DNA of 64,000 nucleotides from Harriotta raleighana (Eukaryota), in contig JBNZDD010013726.1 of assembly GCA_050575255.1 (NCBI GenBank), positions 2,735,763 to 2,799,762 of the forward strand. Reading direction: 5' to 3'. The notes beneath the pieces are model-generated. The model had not been told where the DNA came from. It ran no database searches and saw only the letters and a list, made by a program, of their open reading frames with translations. The position numbers and the translations under genes are program-made. Shown here piece by piece: positions 40,978 through 53,521 of the stretch (positions within the stretch are counted from its first letter, which is position 1; each line of letters starts with the position of its first letter).

Positions 40978-43900
40978 ACTGCAATGTATGTGTACTTCTA
41001 TTACTGGCTTTACTCTTACTGGTGTACACTTACACACCGCTAGAGTGATTTGGCTGATTGTAGTCTGACATGCCATTTCCATTCATAAGGGACTGGGAAG
41101 GGTAATGAAGGTTGGTTCAGCCAGTTGACTGCGGAATCAATGCCCCGGGGAGGTCACACAAGCTACATTCTTTCTGACAAGTGAAATAAAAGAAATCCTT
41201 GGTAAACACTTATCAAAGATCATTTTACAGATCAGTTTGTATGTCACTGTGGAGAAAAAGTGCCAACATCACTACAGTTTGAATGGTTGGCTGCAGTTCC
41301 ACTCTTCACACCAACACTTAGCTCCTCCTATTTCTGTTGCTCTGGTTAGATGTCCTGACCTCACTGGTGAACAACCTGCTGCCTGGTAATGGGAGATAGT
41401 GGTTGTTCCCAGGTCAGTGAGCTGAAGATCATTTCTCACCTGGATTCACCATCGTCACTTCCCCGTCCCTCTCTGGTGATGGCCCAGCAGCAGCTGAAAG
41501 TCAGAGAAAGGGCCACGTAAGTGTGTGCAGCAGGCTATTTTCATCCAATTCATAAGACTACGCAACATGCAACAGAGTTTATTATTGCAACTATTTCAAC
41601 AATCATCTGTTCCCAAGGAAGAATGCTGCAGAGGAACAGATTCCACAAAACCAACCTGGAGTCAGCATTTAATAGCATGTTATAATGGCATGCATAAATT
41701 TATGATCAGCTTTGAAACAACGTGGCATGCATAAGCCATAAGGCAAATTGAATCAGTCGGTCCCTTACCCAACCCCAAGTGCCTCCTCCTCTGAGCCTGA
41801 TGTACTGCTGTGTTCCACCTGAGTCCTGGCTTTCTGCAGCTTCCAAGCTGAAAGGCTCCACAGTCTTCTTTCTGTTCCATTCTGAACCTTCCTCTTGTTT
41901 GTTAAAATCATTTTGAAAAAGCTCTCGACATTGACAAAAATATCTTTCTCTAGTCTTCCTCCACCCTTTTGTTACACTCGCCCAGATGGATACATTTGGG
42001 CAATATCTGCCAGTTTCTGTGTAGCCACTTTTTCACAGTCTCTAATCGCTCTCTCTTTCTCTCGCGCGCACACTCTCTCTCTCTCTCACCTACTTTTCTG
42101 TCAGCATATATAATGTCCTCTATTGACACTATAAATCTGCACTGTTCAAATGGGCGTTGCTTGCCATTTCCGAACCAAAAAAAGTCAGCAATTAGCCACG
42201 TTCTAGTTTGTCAGAAACACAATCAATGCTGCTACCATCATACTGAAAGAATGAAAGTAAATGCTCTGTGACTCTACTGTGTCTGAGGGACGTAATATAA
42301 ATGCAAGTTCTTGTTGTTGAAAGTGAAAATGTAATCCCATCCACACAATGCAGCCCTATAAAACTCAAAATGAGCCTTTCAGACAGAAAGTTTTCTAGGA
42401 CACCTGCACTGTGGATGTACACGAGATAGCAAATGGCGATGTCACTGTATGTCTGAGACAGCAGATGATTGAGGGACTCGCTGACTCTGGTTTCACAGAT
42501 TGGCAAGGGCTTTTATGAACTGAAATGAAATGTCTCTTGGCTTAATATGACTGTACCTGCTGTGCTTCTTACTACATTCCAGCCTAAATGCTTTCATCTC
42601 AGGTGCCAGAAGCTGTGAACAGCAGTGCTAATTGTCAGACTTTTTGCTTGAACAGGAAAAATAGGAATTCCAGAGACATTTAACTCCTGCTGGCAAATTA
42701 ACCAATTGCTGATGTGAGCAATGTGATTAATAGCATGATAATCAGTCATAAGAATTATGAAGATATGAGTCAAAATCTTATCCCTGATCAGTACAGTGAA
42801 TTGGATCGGAGCTGAACACTCTAATGCCATTTTATTTTGTGGTAGATTCTATGAATAGCTGATATGCAAATGTACACTAGTTCAATAACTCACTTCTTCA
42901 ATAATTAATTTCCAGCATTTCCAGGCTCTGCTACTTGGTCTTTCATTCCACTGTGACAATTCTTCCTCTTTCCACCTGGAGTCTTGTGTCTTTTTCAGAA
43001 ACCACACCACACACTCCCCAGATTTCTAACTGCATTTAATTATTTTGTGGCAGTCAGTTTGCCATCACTTTCCTCAGTGGCCTGAACTCTACCTGGAACT
43101 TCAGATTTAATTAATGATTAGAATAATAATAAAGAAGATAGATTGATCACTGGTTGAAGTTTGCAGTCTACATGGCACTCAGAAGCGATCGATATCCAAT
43201 ACCAGATAATGGCATAGCTGTGGCAAGAATCCAATTAAGGGATAGAAGGGAGCACTCGAGGTAAAGTAAAACATTCAAATCTCTGTGCGTTGCTGAAATT
43301 TTGCAAGAAGAAATTTTAAAAACAAAGAATGAATATTTCCAGCATCCCTCTCCAACATTCCAGAAGATTTGCTAAGACAACAGGCGGCCCATAGGACAAA
43401 GGGATCTAAAGAGAAATTTAGTGGGGAGACATCAAGATGTGTGTCTGTGTGTGTGCGTTTTTTTTACAGGGGCAAATCTTCTGGAGTGTTGGAAAGGTAT
43501 GTTGGGAATAGTTCATACTTTATTCTAAATTTCCTTCATGAGAAACTCAGAAAAAGCTTCAGCTAAAGCAAAAAAATGTTTCTACAAATGGAATGATCAG
43601 AAATGTCAAGCAACTGGTATGGAACTTTAATAGGGAATCACCTTGGATACACAGTAATTTTGCATACAGTACTTTGTTGTTAAGAACACGCTATATTGAT
43701 GTAAATCATGTCTAAGCATCAATGACAGCACATCGTGGTTGAGGTTATGATAAATGCAGTCATGCACACCTGTTTTTTCTGCAAACCAACGGCATTTATA
43801 AAGACATTGTGTTTCTTTGGGGAGCAGAAAAGCACATCAAATAGATGAAGGTAAATACGGACACATCCAATATAGGCACACAAAAACATTCTTCTATTTT

Positions 43901-44753
43901 GTCACATAGTGAAGTGGCCTACACTTTAAAATCGAATTCACGNTGAAGTGGTCTACACTTTAAAATCGAATTCACGTGAAATAAAAAAAGAGGTACTGAT
44001 TGCAGATATCTGTACACTTCTATTTAAACTGTGGTGTTCAAGAAGCACACCGAAGCAAACCAATGCCCATAGCTCAAAATATCTGTAGCAAGATGCTCAA
44101 TAGACAGAAGGCTTGAACCAAATATTTATTGTGCAATGAATGCTAAGCACTCACTTAATTACTGAAGTCATGAGGAACACTCTCAATCCAATAACCCATA
44201 TAGTTTAGAGAAATGTGTATGTACCTGACATCATAGTTATTGGTAAAACTCATCAGAAGATATTGGAATAATATGGCATTAAATTACATTTATTGATATA
44301 GGAAATTTAAAAATAAACAAGTTTTTTCCTCTCTGATCATGTGTATTGTTCCCAGTCCTATTTACACCAGAGAACATGGCATGGAAGAGATTTTAAACTC
44401 AAGATCTGAGCCCTACCACTATTCAAAAGTTGGGGAAGGAGAGATTTAAAAACCAATTTCTATCTCTGTTCCTTATTAGAGGAACAATATTCAGGAATGT
44501 TGCAATCTTGACTTTTGAATTACCATGCAAACTAAAATGAGAAAAAGGAGCTTTATTAGTTCTCTTGTCAGTATCCTTCCAAGACCATATTTTATGAGGG
44601 AGGCAGTTTGGGAATAAATGTTATGTCGAGGACTGCAACTAAAATGCTATTGTAAAAAAGAAACAGTAAGATGAACCTACTCCCTGCTGCTTACTGCAAG
44701 CATCATCACCTAATAACCCACATTGATGCCCAATTCAGAATGATATGACCTAC

Positions 44754-45272
44754 CTGGAAGAGAAATCAGATTTTCGCTCATCGTTGTCTTCTATTTCCAC
44801 TTTGATAAAGTTGTCCTCTCTGTACAGCTGGCACCTGGTCAGTAAATTTTCAGATTTGCTGTAAACCACCATTGGACTGACGTTTTGATTTCTCTGCGTT
44901 CTTATCTCCTTGCGCCTGGGGCTACCTGGCCAGTCAGAGCCCTGGGTAGAAGCTGCATGTGATTCGTCCTGAGCGTGTGGGCGAGGCAAGAAATTTTGTT
45001 CAATCAATCGGGCACTCTCTTTAATCTGTTCCTGGATTGCTGGAGTCAGAGTTGGCAAGTCAAAGGTGAAATAATTCTCAGGGTTTCGAGCTGGAGATGA
45101 CAGAATATCCACCGAGTCCAGGCTGGTATAAGATGTGCCTTTGGCACGATGGGACTCCAAAATGCGTTCAAATTGTTTGCTGAAAGTGTCAGTACCATCC
45201 TCAGACAAGCGACGGGCAATACAAATTGTGGCCATAGAGGGAAGCATATACTTGACATCTCTGACTGGTGAA
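44754..45272 (-). CDS. PSD: PSD coding exon 4 (..FSKQFERILESHRAKGTSYTSLDS..)
   Basis: C-rich tract + cacag acceptor, AG|gtaggt donor, 519 nt, phase 2->2. Confidence 0.92.
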
Positions 45273-45579
45273 CTGTGTGTGGGGGGGGAGGGTGGGGAGA
45301 GAGAAGTTAGAGAGATGAAATAGATCTTATCTGCAACATTTTCAGGATTTTCTAATAAAGTAACAAAAAGGTTGCTCTTGATAATGCTGCAGTGCTTCTA
45401 CAGACAATTTTTCAGCAGGACTAATAAGCAAGCAGTTGCTTTCTTTATTTAATATTTCAGCTTCTTCTATCTGCATCGTTATACACTGCAAACTTCTAAA
45501 ACTCTGCATGAAATTAATGCTTTGTGATGCCCAGCAGCTAAAGGTGTGGCACAAAGCTTTACAGTTTGATATATGAATC

Positions 45580-45645
45580 AACAACAACAACAACAAAATT
45601 ACACTTATAGAGCGCGTTTCACGTCAGGAGGACGTCCCAAGGCAC
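45580..45645 (-). mobile_element. Very short 5'-truncated young L2 insertion with 6-bp TSD
   Basis: tgaatc (45574-45579) | aacaacaac...ggcac | tgaatc (45646-45651). Confidence 0.75.
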
Positions 45646-45650
45646 TGAAT

Positions 45651-48430
45651 CCCAGTCTATCCTGGGTTTAACTGATCTCTGCCAGAGCAGCACTGAAGTT
45701 GGTCTAATCGCCCAGGGAGAGGAAAACAAATCCCAGGGATGCCATTCCTGATCACTATATAGGCTGAGCTGGAAACTGGACACATGGTCATGGCGAAACA
45801 GCTTGTCTAGGGTCACAGACAAGCTTCTGAACAAGCTTCTGAAATGACTCAGGCGGCCAGTGCCTGTGGAAATTATAGTCCAGTAAGATCCAGTCTCTTC
45901 AATAGAGGAAGGGGAAAAAAATTGGGTCAATTAAAAATATATATCCAGCATACAAATGGCAAGAGTGTCGAGAATGATTCTTGATTCAGTATTGCCTGTT
46001 CTGGATTAAAATATTTTTGTGTGTCTAACTTCTTCAAAGGATAAAACTGTACATTGCTTAACCTTTCACCCCTTTCAACCCATCTTGTAGGGAATTCTGC
46101 AAGTTTATGTTACGTAAATTCACCTACAAATATACAGTGGCTGCACTTAACAGAAACTTTGTTAAGATCTTATTTTAGGGTTAAATACCATGGCAGAAAT
46201 CCAATGACTGGGACAGCAATGTCATATAGTATCCAAGCTACCACAGCCCATTCTCGCTGTTCACTAAGTCAGTATGCAGATACTTCAATGATATCAGTGG
46301 GTAATTCTAACAAGCTACTCTCAGGATTACCAGTAGTGTTAGAATATAAAATACAGGAACAGCTGAAATATGAGATTCCAGTAAGTGCACAGACAACAGT
46401 AGATGGCAATTTAGTAGAACATTTTTCATATTAAATTGAAGTGCAACTCTTTTCCCTGTACTTAAGGGCATTGGAAAATCTGCTTAGTTGTGGGAAAATA
46501 GATCACATTTATAAGAGGATTACATTTGACGATAATCACTTTTTAGTAGCTGAGATCCAGAAAAGGGAATGCTGGATTATTATATTCTTGCAGCTCAGTA
46601 ACTCCTCACCTCATACTTCAAGCAGTCAGGGGTAGCAAATGAAGGTGAGAGAAGGGAGAAGAATTTAGACCATAAAACTTTCTAATCTGCTTTATCGTAA
46701 CAAAAGACAAACCTTCAGAACCTCTTATATATTGCAACATGATTTTTTCCTCTCATATGTAATAAGCTTTACCTCTGAAATAAAAAATTGTGCTTAAACG
46801 GCTATGCAGTTCACATTAAAAAAAATAAACCTGGCGCTTTTATTTTTAATCATAACATTTTTTAAAAAACAGTACAAATAACTGTACTGTACTGAAAGAG
46901 CTGGGTTACCTGTCATCAGTTGCAGACTCAGGTTGTAAAAACACCTCATCTCCTGCAGCATCAGAATTCAGCTCGTCTCCATACTTGTGCAGATTATCGG
47001 TAGTTATGTCTGACAAGTGGTTCCTGTGATGAACCTCATGNCCCAGTCTATCCTGGGTTTAACTGATCTCTGCCAGAGCAGCACTGAAGTTGGTCTAATC
47101 GCCCAGGGAGAGGAAAACAAATCCCAGGGATGCCATTCCTGATCGCTATATAGGCTGAGCTGGAAACTGGACACATAGTCATGGCGAAACAGCTTGTCTA
47201 GGGTCACAGACAAGCTTCTGAACAAGCTTCTGAAATGACTCAGGCGGCCAGTGCCTGTGGAAATTATAGTCCAGTAAGATCCAGTCTCTTCAATAGAGGA
47301 AGGGGAAAGAAATTGGGTCAATTAAAAATATATATCCAGCATACAAATGCCAAGAGTGTCGAGAATGATTCTTGATTCAGTATTGCCTGTTCTGGATTAA
47401 AATATTTTTGTGTGTCTAACTTCTTCAAAGGATAAAACTGTACATTGCTTAACCTTTCACCCCTTTCAACCCATCTTGTAGGGAATTCTGCAAGTTTATG
47501 TTACGTAAATTCACCGACAAATATACAGTGGCTGCACTTAACAGAAACTTTGTTAAGATCTTATTTTAGGGTTAAATACCATGGCAGAAATCCAATGACT
47601 GGGACAGCAATGTCATGTAGTATCCAAGCTACCACAGCCCATTCTCGCTGTTCACTAAGTCAGTATGCAGACACTTCAATGATATCAGTGGGTAATTCTA
47701 ACAAGCTACTCTCAGGATTACCAGTAGTGTTATAATATAAAATACAGGAACAGCTAAAATATGAGATTCCAGTAAGTGCACAGACAACAGTAGATGGCAA
47801 TTTAGTAGAACATTTTTCATATTAAATTGAAGTGCAACTCTTTTCCCTGTACTTAAGGGCATTGGAAAATCTGCTTAGGTGTGGGAAAATAGATCACATT
47901 TATAATAGGATTACATTTGACGATAATCACTTTTTAGTAGCTGAGATCCAGAAAAGGGAATGCTGGATTATTATATTCTTGCAGCTCAGTAACTCCTCAC
48001 CTCATACTTCAAGCAGTCAGGGGTAGCAAATGAGGGTGAGAGAAGGGAGAAGAATTTAGACCATAAAACTTTCTAATCTGCTTTATCGTAACAAAAGACA
48101 AACCTTCAGAACCTCTTATATATTGCAACATGATTTTTTCCTCTCATATGTAAGAAGCTTTACCTCTGAAATAAAAAATTGTGCTTAAACGGCTATGCAG
48201 TTCACATTAAAAAAAATAAACCTGGCGCTTTTATTTTTAATCATAACATTTAAAAAAAACAGTACAAATAACTGTACTGTACTGAAAGAGCTGGGTTACC
48301 TGTCATCAGTTGCAGACTCAGGTTGTAAAAACACCTCATCTCCTGCAGCATCAGAATTCAGCTCGTCTCCATACTTGTGCAGATTATCGGTAGTTATGTC
48401 TGACAAGTGGTTCCTGTGATGAACCTCATG
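45651..48430. repeat. About 1390-bp direct duplication across a single N (probable two haplotypes)
   Basis: 45651-47040 vs 47042-48430 with scattered substitutions; N at 47041; duplicates the 3' part and donor of exon 3. Confidence 0.9.
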
Positions 48431-48798
48431 ATCAATCTGAACGCTATCATCAGGATCTGTTGAACGATGAATGCTGTTACTCTGGTCTGGTAATTCTGGA
48501 CTCGTTACATTTTCCTCTGCCATGACTTCATCCAGGTTGGTTTCCTGGTAACATCTGATGGGTACAGCATCCAGATCAGTCTCTGAGTACTTATTTGCTC
48601 TGGGGGTTCCTGGTTCGCTTTCTAATGTAGTCCCATTTGAAGAAGCTGTGGCTTTCATACCACTGATCTCAGTCGAGCTCTCTTTGACTCTGTGCTGCTG
48701 CTCCTCGGAAGATTCATCAGTACATTGTCCCTTCAAATTGTTCTCTAGTGTTTCATTGGTTGGAACATCAGTTGATGAATGCTCACTTTTAGCATTAG
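48300..48798 (-). CDS. PSD: PSD coding exon 3 (..KYSETDLDAVPIRCYQETNLDEV..)
   Basis: ttcttgcag acceptor, AG|gtaacc donor, 499 nt, phase 1->2; overlaps ORF 48296..48736. Confidence 0.92.
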
Positions 48799-48925
48799 CT
48801 GCAAGAATATTCGGAAAAGTGGAACATCAAAGTAAATTGAGGTTATATGGTATAATACAGTGAATGTACATAATAATGATCCTTGCATTGAAGGATGTTT
48901 CAAAGCTTGCGCTTCACAAGATATA

Positions 48926-49833
48926 CAGTTAACCCTCATCGAATGCGACTTTATCGATTGCGAATTCAAGTATACACGACAAAACAAAAGCAGCACTTTT
49001 TTGTGCAGTGCGCATAAGACTTGTGTATACGCCCTGGCTAGCCCCCGCGCGCATGTGTGAGGACGCCGATAGCTCCCGACTAAATCCAATGATTCCTCGG
49101 CTGGCTGGCCCCACACGCAATGCATTCTTAGGTAACTGTTCGATTGCTCTTCAGCCTCGGAGCACCCTGATGGCATTGCATGGTAAACAGAAGAGACAGA
49201 GAGAGAGTCTCCTAACAGTAATTTAGCCTAGCTGTGGTTCTATTGCTTTATTGCTTTTTTTAAACCACTTTATTGCTATAAAGCGATAACAAAGCCGAAG
49301 GTGGCCAGCTGATTGTAATCTTTCTGCACCTCCCGTCCCGACCGCCTCCAGCTCTCTGCCCCCTGCCCGCCCCTGAGCAGACTTCTGCCCCCCACCTGCC
49401 CCCGAGCGGCTCTCTGCTCCCACTCCCCCACCCCCGAGGGACTCTGCTCCCCCCCACCCGGCCCCTCCCTCGGTTTCTTTCTGCCTCCCTCCCAGGCTCA
49501 CCCAGATTTGCCCACTTCCCAGGTGGTAGGGGAAATGAGAGCAGGAAAAGGGGGGGGTAGCAACACAAGCAGGGGGGAGCAACACGAGTGGGGAGAGGCG
49601 GACAGAGCGAGGTGCAGGCCAGCAGGCTGTAGCCTATCTCAGTACGTACTTTGCATTCGTCAGGTGTGGATGTGCCTGGAGGCTTGAGGTGGGTAACCTT
49701 TGACTGGATTCCCCTAACCTCCCTTTTCCCCTAACCTCCCTTTTCCCATCACTTGTTAAGCTTACCCAACGCAATTTTATTGAGTGCGCAGTTTTCCAGG
49801 AACGTAACCCCCGTGATCGACGAGGGTTAACTG
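48926..49833. mobile_element. Non-autonomous Tigger-like transposon, family B, nested in a SINE
   Basis: TA|cagttaaccctcatcga ... tcgacgagggttaactg|TA; GC-rich interior. Confidence 0.85.
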
Positions 49834-50250
49834 TACTGTAAAGTGCGATGACCGATTATTTTGTAGGCAAACTTGCCGATTTGTGCAAAGTGATGTCTGA
49901 CAAACAGCATGAAATGAATAACTAATTTTATCTGTGGGATTGTTGACCAAAACACAGGGAGAAACTTCTTTCTATTTTCGAGTTGCGCTGTGTGATTTTT
50001 AACATTCACTGAACAGGCAGATAGGACCTCGGGTTAACATCTCATCCGAACGACCGCACCTTCAACAATATAGTGCTGCATTGGAGTGTCAGTCTAGAAT
50101 GTGAGTTCAATGTGTAGCATCTGCCATCCGCCTCCACCCCTCTTGCCATGTTGCCTATTGTAAAACATTAACTGGCAGAAGTGTCCTCCAACTTTCACAT
50201 TAACAAACACGTACTTCTCGACTATATTGGTACCTGCTTTGGACTCTTAC

Positions 50251-50353
50251 CTTTGATTTGTGGTTCTAATATTCCATAAAAGAATTCCCGTCTAGCTTTT
50301 GCAATGCGCTGAGCAAGCTCAGAGTGTTCCCCAAGCCACACACAAGGATCAGC
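50251..50353 (-). CDS. PSD: PSD coding exon 2 (ADPCVWLGEHSELAQRIAKARREFFYGILEPQIK)
   Basis: tttttag acceptor, G|gtaaga donor, 103 nt, phase 0->1. Conserved AQRIAxAxxEFFYG motif; not in the ORF track. Confidence 0.92.
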
Positions 50354-53300
50354 CTAAAAATAAAAGCACACAGATCCCATGTATGAACAGATAAAAATCA
50401 GCAGGAAAACATCCCTAACAGTGACTCTGCAGACTATTTCATCTATTCAAGCAAAATAACATTTCCAACTTTGAAAGAAGGATCATTAGCTCTCCAATTA
50501 AACCACAGCTGTTTTTTTTAAAAAAAATACACCATACCTCACAACACAACGTTTTAGAGATGTTGTAGTTTTCTTAAAAAGTTTCAGTTTAGCCCAATGT
50601 ATAGTGTTGCAAAGCTGATGTTCTCCCATTCTATTCTAGTGTAACCAATAAAAATTACAAATAAAGCATAAAATACAAGCATAATGCAAGGCAAATGAAG
50701 TATAAGTGAAATATTCACATGTCACTCAGGTGACCTGCTTCAGTGCATTTTCAGTGTTGCTTTCAACAGACAAAAGATGCATGTATCCAGGGTAGCCTGG
50801 GGATGATTTACCGTATTCATCAGATCTTCCCTCCTGCCTTGTAGGCAAATGGGAAACAGCTGTAGAATAACTCTTTCATAATATTTCAAGTGTTCAGATT
50901 CGCTTCAGTCAGAATATAAGATGTTGTTGCTAAGTTATTTTTGAAACCTTTTACTTATTTATTTGTACAACAGATCAATAGTGAAAGTAAACCCGGGTAT
51001 ATAATATTTACAAGAGGAGTAGTCTTAAGTTAAGAGCAAGATAAGCTTCCATCTTTAGAATTAGAATACAGATCTACTCTATTCAGCTAATTGGACGTAC
51101 AAGTAAAATATGATGAGACTCAGAAACTCCTACAAGGGTTTTGGTAAGACTCTGAATTCAGATTCTATTACGGCATTCTTCAGGCTGATTTTCTGTTGTT
51201 GATATAAAGGCCTGTAAGTGACTGCATTATTTGCCTTTTTATAATACCAGCCTTACCTGAAACTGATTGAATGCTTCAAATCAAACTAGCCTTTTGATAA
51301 CAGCTTGACTTGAAATTGACTAAATGCTTCACACATAAATCTAGTGAGACTGATTGGAGTTTATCTTACAGAGTGTTCATTCCATTCTACTGTAACAATT
51401 AGCTTTATGATTCAGTCAAAGTTTCACAAAGTAAGCAATTTCTAACTGGAAGAATGCAGTTTTCATTGATCCAAGAGAAACACAGTAATATGTGAGCTAA
51501 CCAGAAGGTGCAACACTCCATTACAATGATGGTTATCTATTCATGTAATTTAAGAACAAGCTGAAACATCAATATTTTTCAGTATATCACAGTTTACCTT
51601 AAGCATGTAGCAATCAATTGACCTTTGTAATGTTCAGGTATTGTCATTTGGAGGCAATACATGTCAAGGAAAATTCAAAATGCAAAGTGAACTACACATA
51701 AGTTAATTAAATGCTGTGTAAAATATAGTGTAAGATGAATATACTGAGTCTCTCTAAACATCAACCATATCCTTCCACATTATTGCAATCTCTCATCAAG
51801 TACCTTCTATCTCCTTGCAGAAAAAAATTGGGCATCAAAATAACCTTAAACCCTGAAAAACTCTCAGTCTATCTGACCAATTTAGATGTTACTTTGCTTA
51901 CATCCAGAATATTTGGATTGAAATCCTGAAATTTCCATCAGGTTCTTCATATTGAATGGTATTGAACTTAAAAATAAGTAATTTTGTTGGAGATTGGACA
52001 TTGAGGTTGGCAAGAGAACTGTCCTTTTATACTAAGGATTGAGTCTGAACCTGGTTCAGATTTCTGTTTGGTTTTGAAAAGAAGCTTCTATTAACATGTC
52101 CTAAATTTCTAACGGTAATAAAGGATGAGCTGTTCAAATAAAATTACCAATTGAATAAGGCTCCCAAAATGGATAATCAGAACTTCTGAACCTACTTACA
52201 AGTATATAATTTCTTGGTTCCCTTCCTTTACTTCTTATGTATAATTTTACTAGCGTATAGAATTCTGCTTCAGAAACCTAGACAGATGCACAAACCGAGA
52301 GAAAGTGTTTCAAAGATAGACGAACCGTCAAGCCTCTGCTCACACACCACTCACAAACTGTGAGTGAGGGATTAGAGACTGCTAGATACATACATATGTA
52401 GTATTTTACATTCATTTTCGTTTCATAAATGAAATAGCAAAATAGTTATTAATACAGTACTCAATAAACTTTAAAGGTATATAAAGTTGTACATTAAAGT
52501 ACAGTATTTGTGGGACCTTGTGAGTACCACCAAATAGCAGTTTTTATTTTAAACCATGAATAGTATGCAATATTCATACATTGCAAAGCATAGTTATGGT
52601 ATACAGTACCTTCTAGACGTATCTTGGTTTAAATTAAAAGAAGCAAGAATCCTATGGCAGACAGACGAAAATAATAATCTAGTAGAGGTGTTCACTGGAG
52701 CAAAAAGGAATAAACCAATTTTAACTGGCAATCACATTCTGAGAAGCCAGTGCTTTGCATTCCTCATCATTTTCTCAGAACAATCCCCAGACCAATTATG
52801 AAGAACTGCTTTACTGACAGAGCGCCTGCCAACACCCAGCATGTCAGTCAAATGTTCCAGCCATTTTGCTCCTTGCTGGGTATCTGGCATAAAAAAACTG
52901 GAATCACAGCCTTCTCCACAGCGAGGGCCATTCTAAGCCAATCATACTCAACCTGCATTATTCTAAATACTATAAACTGGACTAGGGCCAGAACCATCTT
53001 TGCAGGCTGCAGTTAAAATCCCTCTCTTTCATTCGATAAATATCTACAGTTTCAAATTATGCAGATCCCCATTAACTGGCCACATTTTATATAGTCCCTG
53101 GAGTATCTGAAAACCCTCCAAATATATTAGATGAGTGCCAGCCAGTAGTCAGGTCTAGCTCTGCTGTATCACCGACTTAGAACAGTGTATCTATCATTGA
53201 CTCTATGAAGTTGCATTTACATCAAGGTGTGAATGAAACTAGTGTATTTATAGTGCCGTTCTCGCACCCTCCACTAACTGAATAGCTTTTTGCAGCTCGT

Positions 53301-53435
53301 AAACTTGAAGTTCAATGAATAAAGCGACATCATCTTTGAATAGTTCGTGAAAATTCAAGCCACAAACATAGTGTCACAGGCTGCAAACCAAGCTACGGAA
53401 ACTCAGATCTGTGAGCAAGAGAGGCAACGCAAGAG

Positions 53436-53521
53436 AACTTGCCTAAGGTTTTCCCATGCCTGGATTTGATCACAGGTCTCACGCTTGTAAAGCGAGTGCT
53501 CTAACCACTGAGTTACAGGAC
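53436..53521 (-). mobile_element. tRNA-SINE head fragment
   Basis: Reverse complement tcctgtaactcagtggttagagcactcgctttacaagcgtgagacc. Confidence 0.7.

Noticed and set aside
46910-47040. Duplicated/extra PSD exon
   Set aside because: Partial copy of exon 3 cut at an N inside an overlap duplication; no acceptor.
46054-47735. Paralogous ORF pair (126/96 aa)
   Set aside because: Chance ORFs inside the duplicated block; one copy has a premature stop.
48745-49585. Several 100-140 aa ORFs and a CpG-island-like promoter
   Set aside because: Mostly within the TIR-bounded element; no transposase or other recognisable motif.
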